From: Eledone cirrhosa
Lineage: Eukaryota
DNA: 64,000 nt
Direction: 5' to 3'
Assembly: GCA_964016885.1 (NCBI GenBank)
Contig: OZ024746.1
Span: 101,556,001-101,620,000, forward strand
The position numbers and the translations under genes are program-made. This document shows positions 1 through 12,462 of this stretch, piece after piece. The notes under the pieces are model-generated. The model did no database searches, was not told the origin of the DNA, and saw only the letters and a program-made list of their open reading frames with translations. The first letter of the stretch is position 1. Every line of letters starts with the position of its first letter.

Positions 1-566
1 AGTGTCTTTCATTAGAAATATGGTAATGAAAGGGTTAATGACATAGACAGTGTCTTTCATTAGAAATATGGTAATGAAAGGGTTAATGACATATACAGTG
101 TCTTCCATTAGAAATATGGTAATGAAACGGTTAATGACATAGACAGTGTCTTTCATTAGAAATATGGTAATGAAAGGGTTAATGACATAGACAGTGTCTT
201 TCATTAGAAATATGGTAATGAAAGGGTTAATGACATAGGCAGTGTCTTCCATTAGAAATATGGTAATGAAAGGGTTAATGACATAGACAGTGTCTTTCAT
301 TAGAAATATGGTAATAAGAGGGTTAATGACATAGACAGTGTCTTCCATTAGAAATATGGTAATGAAAGGGTTAATGACATAGACAGTGTCTTTCATTAGA
401 AATATGGTAATGAGAGGGTTAATGACATAGACAGTGTCTTCCATTAGAAATATGGTAATGAAAGGGTTAATGACATAGACAGTGTCTTTCATTAGAAATA
501 TGGTAATGAGAGGGTTAATGACATAGACAGTGTCTTTCATTAGAAATATGGTAATGACAGGGTTAA
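1..566. repeat. 48-bp minisatellite (~12 copies, runs off the window start)
   Basis: Unit agtgtctttcattagaaatatggtaatgaaagggttaatgacatagac. Each unit has an internal inverted repeat ctttcatta/taatgaaag. Confidence 0.97.
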
Positions 567-1169
567 ATTGGATATCAAGTTTTATAGCATTCTAAAATAA
601 GTTGTTTATCACAATAACACATTCTATGTAAACTTCATAAGATATCGAGGGCTTCCCACTCTTAAAATATACATGAGAATATTTCTAAGCAATAAAAGAA
701 TGGATTTTAACCACAGCTGATACACGTTTAGTTCTTGATGAAAACAAATCTAATTCTTCTATAGGTGGATGAGAAATCTATTTTTTCTGGTGAGTGCAAA
801 TATAAAAAATAAAGTACATTTCACATATTGCTAGTCTTTGAACAGACATCTAAACATTCAAATAACAATATTGTGTTTCTACATTATAATACTCAATACC
901 TATCCCCCTGTTCAATTTCCAAGCTGTGTATTGATCATCCGTTATGTCAAAAATCAATAAGTGAAATACTGTTTATGGTCTGCTGGAACCAATGAAGAAC
1001 ACTGCAGACACAACATTTATAGCTTAGTAAATATTTCAGTTGACATGCACACTACCGCAGTGCCGGCTTTTAACTATTTTAACAAGATTTTAAATAAACG
1101 TCAGGAACCCTAATTCTTTTTTAAAGGAAAAAAATAAGAAAAAAAAAATTGGCAAGTTTCAAGAAGAAT

Positions 1170-1350
1170 ACTATAAAAATATATACAAAAAAGACTATTA
1201 TTTAAATATATATATAAAGACTATTATCTAAATATATATATAAAAAAGACTATTACCTAAAAATATATATTAAAAAAACTATTATCTAAAAATATATAAA
1301 AAAGACTATTATTTAAAAAAGTATATAAAAAGAGTATTATTTAAAAAAAC
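1170..1350. repeat. Degenerate AT-rich ~29-bp tandem repeat
   Basis: Recurrent aaaaagactattat(c/t)taaa(a)atatat. Confidence 0.75.
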
Positions 1351-1508
1351 TATATCAATGAAAATATTCTATAAATTTTTTTTTTTACTTTTTGTAATTT
1401 GATTTTCATTTAATAATTAGATTAGCCCAGTTGTAAAATTGAATAAACAATCTGATCATTGACACATAATAAAATATCTTGAGAAATATTGGCTGTTACA
1501 AGAAGATA

Positions 1509-1529
1509 CTAAATATCTGTAACTGTGAT
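1509..1529 (-). CDS. Candidate terminal coding exon of an unidentified host gene (ITVTDI*)
   Basis: Strong minus-strand acceptor ttttttctttacag, phase 0 matching exon 4472-4551, stop TAG, and ATTAAA about 95 nt downstream (1409-1414). Confidence 0.45.
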   Translation of the reverse strand: MTVTDI

Positions 1530-2407
1530 CTGTAAAGAAAAAATATGGTTATTATGTAATGAAGCATCCATTATAAAACATCGTCTGCTATTTACTGACA
1601 TCATCCTCAACAAGTAATCATATTTAATAAAAGTCTCTCAATGTTAAGTTAAATTTCAATTTTACAAATTGATATTGCAGAGTTACTGGAAAGTAAAATT
1701 AATATCACTGCTATCCAGTCAGAGCTGCTGACCAATTTTCTAAGGACTCAGAACTAAGAAACCGTTTTATCTTTTCTGCCCATTCTCACAATCTAAAATC
1801 TATGCCATTACAGTATTCTATGAAAGATTTCATTGATTATTCAAGACAATCAAACCAAGGAAGAACTTTTAACATGTAGGAGTCATAAGTTGTTTTTCAA
1901 CTAGGATCACCAGATGCTAATGTGGTGACCTTAAACTGTTGTTTACACTCAGGTTAGCCTCGATTGGACAAAATTATGTTCAAAAGCATTCTATTTGAGA
2001 CCACCAGGCATTTTTGTATATCAGAGACTACACTGTCTAATAAGTTCTTCCATATAACAGTGGAGTGTAACTTGAGGGAGATTTGGCTACTATTTCTAGC
2101 AGTTCATGAAATCATATAGAGCCTCTCTAATTGGCTCAAGAGTTGTGAGAGTCAGTCAACTAATACCAATATTTAAAATCAATATTGACCACACTAACAT
2201 ATAGTAACCATTTAATGATTTTTTCACACACAAATACACATACTTATAGGTGTGAGTATGGTCAGCCATGTAGTAAGGGTTTGATTCCATTGTGTGCCAC
2301 CTAGGGCAACCACCCTCTACTCTAGCCACATATTGACCAATCCTTTGTGAATGGAATTTTATAGACAGAAACTGTGTATAAGTCTGTCATATATCTTCAT
2401 CAGGTTC

Positions 2408-2735
2408 ATGGCTTAGTCGTTAGAGCATTGGGCTTGCTATTGAAAGGTTGTGAGTTCGATTCTCAGACCAGCTGATGTGTTGTGTCCTTGAGCAATACAC
2501 TTTATTTCGTGTTGCTCCAGTTTACTTAGCTGTAGAAATGAGTTGTGACATCACTGGTGCCAAGCTGTATCGGTCATTCCCTCTCCCTTGGATAACATCT
2601 GTGGCATGGAGAGGAGAGGCTGGTATGCATGGGCGACTACTGGTCTTCTACAAACAACTTTGCTTGGACTTGTGCCTCAGAGGGCAACTTTCTAGGTGCA
2701 AATCCCATGGTCAATCATGAATGAAGAGTGTCTTC
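2408..2735 (+). mobile_element. tRNA-derived SINE, family 1
   Basis: A box tggcttagtcgttagagc, B box gagttcgattctc, body gtgtccttgagcaa...cagctgtagaaatgag. Homologous to 49139-49465, 47399-47540 and 46820-46910. Confidence 0.85.
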
Positions 2736-3286
2736 TCATATCTTCATCATCATTTAATGTCTATATTCCCTGCTAGCAGCAGTTGGATGGATTGTCACAG
2801 ACAAAGCCAGTACTTGAAGCTACTGATCTTTCAGATGAGCCATGGGTTACATCTTGCTTATATAAGTTCCTGCACTTTACAGAGTGTACTGGGTGCCACA
2901 GTACCAGCACTGGGGAGGTTTTGACATGACTGAAGAGACCTCTTGACCCTTTAGTTGACCAGTTTTCTGTGGCTGGATACCCTTCTTATCACTAACTATT
3001 TTACAAAGTGTATTGAGTCAGTTTTATCGTGACTCCAGTATTAGTCAGGGGGCTTGCATACATTAGATATTTTCATAATATGTTATTACTCATGTATTTG
3101 TTATTACTGCCAGCCCAGCATCTACCACTGATCAGAAAATTTGTATCTTTAAAAGTATGTATATATTGATTTAATGCCCATGTGGAAGGAGCTTATTCTG
3201 AATCATCCATTAATTTATTTAAATAATCTCTAGCGTAGACATAGTTCAATGACTGGAACCAATAAATCAATAAAATATATATTGCT

Positions 3287-3482
3287 CAAATATCTCTCTA
3301 CAACACCTCAAATATCTCTCTACAACACCTCAAATATCTCTCTACAACACCTCAAATATCTCTCTACAACACCTCAAATATCTCTCTACAATACCTCAAA
3401 TATCTCTCTCTACAACACCTCAAATATCTCTCTACAACACCTCAAATATCTCTCTACAACACCTCAAATATCTCTCTCTACA
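3287..3482. repeat. 22-bp minisatellite (~9 copies)
   Basis: Unit caaatatctctctacaacacct. It accounts for ORF 3249..3587. Confidence 0.95.
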
Positions 3483-3724
3483 TATAAAAACCCACTTAAA
3501 CACCTCAATTACTTTTGTTTCATTTCTTTCTTTTTTCTTTTAATTATTAGACTGGGGCCATTCTGGAGCATCACCTTAGTATATTAGAAGGCCCTACTAC
3601 TTTATCTTCAACTTATTTTATCAACTTCATAATGAATAAAGTACTTTTGCTTAATAAACTAATTCTACCTGTCATCAACGATTTATATATATATTTACAT
3701 ATACAAACATATATACATATATAT

Positions 3725-3980
3725 ATATATATAGGAAAAGAGTCAGGACCCCGACAGCTGAGCTCCGGCTGTTTCGACAGCTAGATCCGAACAGATCTAG
3801 CTGTCGAAACAGCCGGAGCTCAGCTGTCGGGGTCCTGACTCTTTTCCTATATATATTTGAGGTGGCCAGAGCTCAGCTATCAGGGTCCTGACTCTTTTCC
3901 TATTACCCACTCTACTACCCTAAGTATCGAGTACTCTGGTGTGTTATGGTCCACCTGGTATCTTACCACACCTTCTTTGT
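3725..3980. mobile_element. TA-flanked fold-back module: perfect 63-bp-arm palindrome carrying the 3' half of a hammerhead, plus a partial third copy and tail
   Basis: Arms 3725-3787/3794-3856, spacer cgaaca. The right arm reads GAAA-CAGC..GCTG-TC-GGGG. Tail 3901-3970 is homologous to 42899-42970. Confidence 0.7.
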
Positions 3981-4471
3981 TATATATATATATATATTTA
4001 CTCACACACACATATATATACTAATTCTACCTGTCAGCAACAATATATAGAGGGAGATTGAGTGCATAAGACAACTACGAGAACTTCCAAAATGCAGGTG
4101 TTGAGTTGTATCATACACAACAACATCTCACAGCAGTATCTTACAAGTGTTGCTTTTAGTCCAATGTATAGGAATGTTTGACAAAACAGACATGTTTTTA
4201 GCCAGATTTATTAGTGAGCCAAAAGCAACATTTGTAACCTACAGTTATATAAAGGTTATCAACATTATAAAGGTTTCTATTTGGCAATAAGGCGAGTATT
4301 TCAACAGTCACAGAGATGTTAGAATCTGGCACTTATCACTATCAGTTTACTGCATTGACTCTACTTTCTTAACGTCCTGTACCACATCAAACAGCATTAG
4401 CAAGATATTCTTGATAAATACAAGGAAACACTTTGGCTGCATCACATTATATAATGAAGGGGCTGAAATAC

Positions 4472-4551
4472 TTGCTTAAGGATGATGGTTCTTCTCTGAA
4501 GACCTACTGCTGTCCAACTCTCTTGACAGTTTCTTACAACTTCACAACGAT
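4472..4551 (-). CDS. Candidate internal exon (YRCEVVRNCQESWTAVGLQRRTIILKQ)
   Basis: cag acceptor, gtattt donor, 80 nt, phase 1 to 0, open and in frame with 5215-5312 and 1509-1529. Confidence 0.5.
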
Positions 4552-4632
4552 CTGTCCAACAGTAACAATACCATAAATATTTGAATTAACAAACTGTTTT
4601 TAGGGATTGTCTCCAAAATCATTAGATGATGT

Positions 4633-4757
4633 TAACAACCATTTCAATGACCAGTGGAATGGTGGAGCAATGTGTAACAACCATTTCAATGACCAGTGGA
4701 ATGGTGGAGCAATGTGTAACAACCATTTCAATGACCAGTGGAATGGTGGAACAATGC
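4633..4757. repeat. 42-bp tandem repeat x3
   Basis: taacaaccatttcaatgaccagtggaatggtggagcaatgtg at 4633, 4675 and 4717. Confidence 0.95.
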
Positions 4758-4854
4758 GTCATCTAACTTTGCTGTGATGTCATTGTAAGATATGTAAGAT
4801 GGGTTTATAAGACAACCAGTCTAGGTTTAAAATATGTAAGACAGGCTTATTTTC

Positions 4855-5195
4855 AGTATCGGTAGCGTCAAGCACCATGCTTGGCAGCATAGAGTTACGG
4901 CGCTTTATGGTCCGAATTCAAATCCCGCTGAGGTTAACTTTGCCTTTCATCCTTACGGGGTCGATAAAATAAAGTACCAGTAATGCACTGGGGTAAATGC
5001 TGGCCTTGTGCCAAAAGTAGAAACAATTATAAGACAACCAGTCTGGGTGGTGAATTAGCAGAATTGTTAGAACATTTGATGTTCAAATCTCACCATCGTC
5101 AGCTTTGCCTTGTTCTGAGGTTGATAAAATAAAGTACCCGTTAAGTACTAGAATTGATATAATCAACTTACCATTCTCCCAAAATTAGAAACCAT
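4855..5195 (+). mobile_element. Two adjacent SINEs, family 2 (core resembling a Meta domain)
   Basis: ttcaaatcccgctgaggttaactttgcctttcatcc...gataaaataaagtaccag...agaaacaattat. Other copies at about 6420-6560(-), 8540-8670(-), 19625-19690(-), 25575-25755(-) and 28715-28900(-). Confidence 0.75.
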
Positions 5196-5214
5196 TATTA
5201 TAAAATAACCTTAC

Positions 5215-5312
5215 AATTAATCCAGCTTGTCAAAGATATCTGTAAGTTCCTGTAAACAACGTTGAGTGGAAGAGCCAAATGAGAGATGTCAGAGTTCGAC
5301 ACTTCTCTGGAA
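5215..5312 (-). CDS. Candidate internal exon (SREVSNSDISHLALPLNVVYRNLQISLTSWIN)
   Basis: ttgtgtccag acceptor, gtaagg donor, 98 nt. Only one frame is open (phase 2 to 1), and it is compatible with both neighbours. Confidence 0.55.
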
Positions 5313-6570
5313 CTGGACACAATGTAAATCACAAGGTATTAAGATTTAGATTTTGTAGAAGATTTTGTGTTTAAGATGATCCCTGGTTTAGGGGTTATTT
5401 TTCAAAGTTCAAATTCTGCCCAATACACACACACACACACACACACACATCTGACAAGCTTCTACACAGTTTCTGCCTACCAAATTTCACTCACAAAATT
5501 TTCATTGAACTGAAGCTATGTAAAGTTACATTTGGCCAATGTGCCAATATTACTCTATTGAACCTAAAACCACAAGACAGTATGTGAACATGTTAACCAG
5601 ACTTGTGTCCAGTGTTGTGATAGTAGTGCATTCTATATGAACTAACTTTTATACAGCATAATTCTGATTGCACAGATGTAAATATTTGATTAGGAGGAGA
5701 AATCTAATACACTAATGTTGTGAGCAATCAGTAAAACACAGACCACTACCAGTAGATCACTACCGTGTGAAGATATTAATGTAGTGGTTGGATGACAGAC
5801 TAGGAAATAATAAAAATGGCATATTTTACAAAAGAACTAATCATATATCATTAAATGACTACTGGGTAATTGCTGGCCTTGTGCCTAAAGTAGAAACAAT
5901 TAAATGACTAATCTAATTTCATCCATGTACAATAGTAATATCTTCTCTATATATTTGTCATAGGTGAGTTATTTAATAACAGTCTCATAAGTAGTTGTCT
6001 ACAAGCTGTTATATTATCATTTTTTAAAACACGTTATGACAGAATGGCTAATATTACATACATTACAGTCTAATAATATCAATATCCTTTATCAAATGGT
6101 GAAATCATGATAGACCAATTTCAGAGGGTGTATTTGTAAAATATTAACCTAAGTGGTGATCAATTTGTATCTATGGTACAAGAACTTATAAGGAGATATA
6201 GTTTACTGTAGTAAGGAGAAAGGATAGTATTCTTCTTGTGGTTAATTATTATTTCAGGTTAATCCTGATCATGCAAACTTATCATCAAACCTTTCCAGCT
6301 ATGATGATTGCAGCTTTTTAGAAGTAACCTTTCGATTCATTTTGCCACTCATCAGAACAAAAAAGGTTGGAATAGATATTGTGAACCATCTCAATCATTG
6401 CTTCAATAATTCTACCAATCAACCACTCTGGATTGGTAATTTATTTTATCAACCCTAAAATGATGAAAGGCAAAGTTGACTTTGGTTTGATTTGAATTCA
6501 CACCATAGAGAACTGGAACAAAAGCCATAAAGTATTTTGTCCTCTGCTCCAATGACTGCCAATTCTCTGC

Positions 6571-6692
6571 CTGCTTTTCAAACATGGATAGAGCAGAAAT
6601 GGAGAAATCACTTCTCTTGCAGAATGGTTGTTGGTAGTGACAACTCCCAAAATGTATTTCTTACAGAACATCTTCATCAAGTCAATTCCTCT
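6571..6692 (-). CDS. Candidate internal exon (RGIDLMKMFCKKYILGVVTTNNHSAREVISPFLLYPCLKS)
   Basis: tattttag acceptor, 122 nt, phase 0 to 2. Needs a non-canonical AG|GC donor. Confidence 0.35.
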
Positions 6693-6859
6693 CTAAAATA
6701 CACACCATTAAATAGTTCAATACTACAAGGTAACAAAATACTTGATACTCTCATAAACTATACCTACATATCTATTTACAGCAAAAGGTATTAGGTGAAG
6801 GTATAAATGAACCTCTACATAGTTGTTAACACATCCTACCAGTTGCGTTATATGATCTT

Positions 6860-7260
6860 GACTGTGTTGATTGGACGACAAGGTTACTTCAGAAGCCCTC
6901 TACATTCCAGAACCACATCATGAGACTTGTGACTGGCAAGCGGCTCAGCGACCGTATCTGTATCAGTGAGCTGCTCAACATTACCAGACTTAGACCAATT
7001 ATATCTATTGTCAAGTCAAGAGTACTCAAACTATATGGCCATATAAAAAGTTCAACTCGTGGTGTGAGTAGGTTATGCCTGGAAGGAAGGTTGGCTGGTA
7101 AGAGAAGCAGAGGCCGGCAGCCAAAACATTGGCTTGATAATGTCAACTTATGCACTTGATCTTTGCTCTTTGAACTCTGCTGCCAGTAATTGAACTTTGT
7201 GGAGAAAAATATCTCATGTTGATGTGCAGTCTGCAACTGATGGAGTTTAGCATCATGAAA
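6860..7260 (+). mobile_element. LINE (RTE-clade) RT C-terminal fragment
   Basis: LKLYGHI...EGRLAGKRSRGRQPKHWLDNV matches the RTE C-terminal 'GH...G.R.RGRP..W.D' pattern. Confidence 0.75.
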
Positions 7261-8969
7261 AACAAAAAAATACTTGTTAAACCTCTGACATATGGCAGTC
7301 TGATGCCTCGCATCCTACCATCTTAATAACCCATTGGATAAATGGACTATGACTGAATAAAACTTAGGATTGTTATGGCTGGAATGACTTTGATCGTATC
7401 AGCTATGGCTGAACTGGGGCTAAGCAACAACTAATTCCTATCTGGATGGATTGATAGTTAAATTGCTTTGATATAGATAAAGTACAACAGACTGATAGTC
7501 TACCCTCTAGTGAATTAGCTAGGTGTGTAGTTAGTTAAAATAAAACCATAAACATATGCACTATTATTTAATATGTTTATACTGATAAAATATTTATAAT
7601 TATAAAAGCAAAGACATAAATATATGAAGATATGCTTACAATATCAGATGTGTATGAACTGAAAGCATTAGTGAGTTAAACATCATCATCATCATCATCA
7701 TCCTCGTTTAACGTCTATCTTCCATGCTAGCATGGGTTATATATCAATATGAAATACATTTATAGTGGGGGTGGCGGTAATATCGTTATTTATTCAGCTA
7801 AGTCACTTACAGATGTTTACTTCTAAGATATATTCCAAATGTTCTATAAACACACTTTATCTAATTACACGGCTGCTTCTTCAAAGACACACCCTGTTGT
7901 TGCTGTTTTACAAAGGAAGAACTTCCTGGCCATTCAATACACTACTGAGATTGCAGATAACTACAAGTAATAGGTAAGTTGTTATTTCTGTATGTTTGTA
8001 TTCACGAGTGTCCATCTATGTGTGTGTGCCCCCCACCTCCCACATGTAATGATGTAACGTTATCTAAATGTAATCATGTAGACATATACAGGATGTTATA
8101 TCTAAGAACACCATTCTTAGAAATGTGGGTCTTTGAAGGGGGGGGGAGAACTGAAGAAGAAAAAGTTAATAAAAATAACAAAAATAACAAAACAAAAATA
8201 TAGAAATTTAGAAAGAGAGAAGCAGCGAATATGTTTACATGAAAATATATATATAGAGAGAGAGGGGGGAGATAGGGAGAAAGACGACAGAGGGAGAGGG
8301 AGAGAGAGATCAAGCAGAAGTATTATGATTATGACCAAGACATGATCAACATAATCATTTAACATCTACTTTCCCTACTAGCTGTTTACCAACCACTTTA
8401 CCACATGTGTGTTTATCATGTAAATCACCAACACTAAGGAGCTTGTCATACTGTCAGACAACTGATTTGAAGTTAAACTGTAGAGAGTCAGAAGAAATAC
8501 CACACAGCATCTCATCCATTTCCAGCAATTCCCGAGATTACAACTTTATTTATTGACCTCCAATGGCTGAAAAGAAAAGTTGACCTTGACAAGATTTTAA
8601 CTCTAAACACAAAGAGCTGGAATAAATATTGTAAGGTATCTTATTTGATGCTTTAATTCTTCTACCAATTCACTCCCTAACAAACTTTTCCCTTATTAAG
8701 TTAAACATAAAATAACTGAATTGTATATTTAGTTGTACTGATCAATATCTAAAAAGGAGAGTTGTGACATTCATGCTTCTCCATATACCCTAATGACATA
8801 AGATGTCGTTAAAACTGATTATAACTGGGTCACAGTCTTCTTTTTCTCTGAGCTCATATCCTCTTAATTAGTCTTAATTAGACTCAGCAAATATACAAAT
8901 TAAAAATCAAACTATCTCAATACAAAATGAACAGAAGATATAATTTGTTCATTCTTGATTTAAACATAC

Positions 8970-9080
8970 TTCACAACAGAAAGTAACTTGTTGAAACATC
9001 AACAAAATTATTATTTCATGAGATTTTTCTCTGATCTTCATTACTATCTTCAGAAGAAACAGATTTCTGGTAATCTCATT
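8970..9080 (-). CDS. Candidate internal exon (NEITRNLFLLKIVMKIREKSHEIIILLMFQQVTFCCE)
   Basis: tag acceptor with weak pyrimidine tract, gtatgt donor, 111 nt, phase 0 to 0, only one open frame. Confidence 0.35.
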
Positions 9081-9450
9081 CTATACATCTGCTGGCTAGA
9101 TGTGTTTAATATTTATTCATCAACAATGTAATTAACCATAAATCAGTTAAGCACTAAAGGTAATTATGCAGGTGTAAGACAGTAATGTTACATTTTTACA
9201 TTTGCACTAAGTAAAAGAATTTGTTATAAAATCAAAGGTTCCTACATCCTTAAGCTGAGTTTTTAATTTCCTCTAGGTTCTATATTTCCTGATCATCCAC
9301 CAGAAAACACAAAATCATTAGTTAAATATATCATCATCATCATCGATTAACGTCTATCTTCCACGCTAGCATGGGTTAGTTAAATATATCATTATCATCA
9401 AGAGAGTGAGAGAGAGAGTGTAGAGAGAGAGTGTGTGAGAAAGAGAGTGA

Positions 9451-9491
<41 letters not shown>

Positions 9492-9724
9492 TGAGAGTGA
9501 GTGTGTAGATACGACAGAAGAAGCAAGAATGAAATGGTAGTTGATTTCTCCAAATAATATGACAGTTGTTTATTCCTGATGTGTTTCCAGTTAACAATCA
9601 ATAAAAATAGAGAGAAAATGGCCGAGGATAGAGTATAGAAGATACAAGAAGATACAACACATTTATCTATTGGAAATATCTGTTGTAATTAAGTGGCATT
9701 TAAAAGGGTATCTACTCATTACAC

Positions 9725-9826
9725 ATTGTTCATAACTCTGTTCTTAGCCAAGTCCTTCTCTACTATACACAGTACAAAAGCGATACCTAAAGTTTCAAGA
9801 CCCAATATTGACCATATCTCCATATT
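9725..9826 (-). CDS. Candidate exon (NMEIWSILGLETLGIAFVLCIVEKDLAKNRVMNN)
   Basis: ccttcttag acceptor and an open frame. The donor (gtgtaa) is weak and the boundary is uncertain. Confidence 0.25.
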
Positions 9827-10211
9827 CTAAGAAGGATCAAAGTTGTGACCTAATCTTCAGGTGTTTCGACGAGTTTGAAGACACCATTAACCCTTTAACA
9901 TTTAAATTGGCCATATCCGGCCAGAATTCTCTCACCTCTTTCTGCTTAAACCAGCCATAACTGGCTGCTCATACTGATGTTAAGGTATTGTTCTCAAAAT
10001 AAATAATATCAAAATCTCCTAGATTCGATATTATGTGAGATATTCATTCAAGATAAGTGTTTTCCATCAAAATATAATAGTATATATAGAGTAATGTAAA
10101 TGTTATGTGACATATTATGTGAGGTAAAGCCTTTACCATGAAAATACAATAGTTGAAATAGTAAAGTAGTTGAACATGCACTATAGCAGATGTTATGCTA
10201 TTATGTGGTGG

Positions 10212-10479
10212 CAGTAGCATGCAGAGGCGGGGGGGGGGGGTGCGTTGGCCCCGGGCATCCTTTGGATGGGGGCATCATTTGGGGAAAAGAACTTAATAAA
10301 TTTGATTGATTTATATTAAAACCGAATAAAGCGTTTATTTCCTGTTTCATCTGTGTTTATATATTCAAAATGTTTTCCTTTCTCAAAATATTTCTCAGTA
10401 TGTTAGGTCTTATACTTGAGTCTTTGGGGCATATAATCAAGATTTGCCCCGGGCATCACCAGAGTTCTGCACGCCGCTG
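10212..10479. mobile_element. MITE with hAT-like CAG termini
   Basis: TIRs cagtagcatgcagag / ttctgcacgccgctg and subterminal direct repeat gccccgggcatc x2. No clear TSD. Confidence 0.7.
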
Positions 10480-10724
10480 TGTAATATAGCACAGTATGTA
10501 ATATAGTGATGGCAACATTTATTATGGTATGAAGTAGTGGTGTATTGTATTATGGAAGTGTGGAAAAAGAAAAGATATTAAGAAAGTAAATAAATCAAAT
10601 TAAGGAGGTAGAAAATCAGTTGAATTTGTTGAGTATTTCCACTTAGAAAGGAGTTGGAAATAGTCAACAACCACCTTAAATTGATAATGATTTGGTAAAT
10701 ATCTTATGAAGGGCAATAATATTG

Positions 10725-10815
10725 TATGAAGGGCAGTAATATCATATGAAGGGCAGTAATATCATATGAAGGGCAGTAATATTGTATGAAGGGCAGTAAT
10801 ATATGAAGAGCAATA
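10725..10815. repeat. 20-bp tandem repeat
   Basis: tatgaagggcagtaatat(ca/tg), about 4-5 copies. Confidence 0.85.
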
Positions 10816-11083
10816 ACAAAGTGATGTAGCAGAGATGGGCAAACAACGGCCTGCCAAAGAGTTTTGTGTGTCCCAGCAATTTAAAGAAAAAAATTTTTTT
10901 TAAATAAACAAATTTTCATATATAATACTTAAGCCAAGACTAGATCTAGTTAGGTTTTTGTACCAGAGAGAGTAGAAAGAGAAATGGCAAGAGTTGACAT
11001 TTTATTTCAAACTAGACCATATACCTGACCCTTTGGATCACGTTCACTTAAAAATAATTTTTAAATAATTAAAATATACACAG

Positions 11084-11137
<54 letters not shown>

Positions 11138-11139
<2 letters not shown>

Positions 11140-11355
11140 TCATCATCATCGTTTAACGTCTATCTTCCACGCTAGCATGGGTTTAGACGGCAAGATTGGT
11201 TGTCTCGCTCATATAGGACTGCCAGGCAGGTTTTCTACGGCTGGATACCCTTCCTAACACCAACCACGTTTACAGTGTGGACTGGGAGGTTTTTACCGTC
11301 TTACCTACACAGCCATATTACAGCATGGACTGTGTGTGTTTTTGTTGTGGCACCT
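11138..11355 (-). mobile_element. RTE-LINE 3' UTR fragment with (CAT)n tail
   Basis: (cat)n-gtttaacgtc...ggctggatacccttcctaacaccaacc, homologous to the other RTE tails. Confidence 0.85.
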
Positions 11356-11544
11356 ACATATATATATGTGTGTGTGTATATACATATATATGCAGGTGTC
11401 TGTGAGCTATATACACCCATATACACACACACACATATATATATATATTCACACACTTAAAAACCCTTCTTATTTAGCAGGATACAGTAATGCCGTACTC
11501 GATTCTTTGAAGTCACCGGTTGTAATTTCATTCAACAACTCCAT

Positions 11545-12462
11545 GCAATGCTGCATGGCAGTGAGACCTGGGCATTGTGTGCAGAGGATATACGCAGACT
11601 AGAGAGGAACGAAGCTTGCATGCTCCGCTGGATGTGCAATAGTAATATACGTGAACGGCAAAGCATAAACGAACTAAGGAAAAAATTAGAAATAAGAGGG
11701 ATCAGATGTTGTTTACTCGAGAGAAGGCTACGTTGGTACGGTCACGTGATGCGCATGAAAGACGACAGCTGTATAACAAAGTGCAGGGCAATAAAGATAG
11801 ACGGTAGCCACGGAGTAGGCAGACCCAGAAAAACATGGGACGAGCTGATAAATTCCGACCTCACACGCTTACACCTCTCCAAGACAATGTCACTGGACCG
11901 AGACCTTTGGCGGTACTCAGTAATAGAGAAGACCCGCCTTACCTAAATACAAAGTAAAAACCTACTACAGTCAGTAGGCATCTCTATCAAAACCCCCCCC
12001 CCCCCCCCCCGTCCCACCACCTCCACCCCATCCACACCGCCCCTTTCAATGTACAGTTATGTTGGTCCCACAACATCCAGGCCGAAACAAATGAGATCGT
12101 GTAGGTGTCACGACAAAAAAACACACAGTCCACGCTGTAAATGTGGCCGTGTAGGCAACACGGTAAAAACCTCCCAGCCCCACACTGTAAATGTGGTTGG
12201 TGTTAGGAAGGGCATCCAGCTGTAGAAAACCCGCCAGACAGTCCACGCTGTAATGTAGCCGTGTAGGCAACACGGTAAAAACCTCCCAGCCCCACACTGT
12301 AAATGTGGTTGGTGTTAGGAAGGGCATCCAACTGTAGAAAACCCGCCAGACAGTCCTATGCGAGCAAGACAACCACTCTTGCCTCAAGTGGGAAAACCCC
12401 CGTCCAAACCCATACAAGCGTGGAACACGGACGCTAAACCTGATGATGATGATGATGATGAT
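11545..12462 (+). mobile_element. 5'-truncated RTE-LINE (RT C-terminus, 3' UTR with internal duplication, (GAT)n tail)
   Basis: MLHGSETW...RRLRWYGHVMR...GRPRKTW. UTR segment about 12125-12240 is duplicated at about 12238-12355. Confidence 0.92.

Noticed and set aside
1-566. CRISPR array or telomeric repeat
   Set aside because: There are no spacers, and gggtta occurs once per unit rather than as tandem TTAGGG.
2408-2480. tRNA gene
   Set aside because: The A/B boxes belong to a SINE head that continues into a repeated body, and there is no complete cloverleaf.
7811-7843. 33-nt minus-strand exon with a gtaagt donor
   Set aside because: No phase joins it to the 6692 acceptor without a stop or a GAG acceptor.
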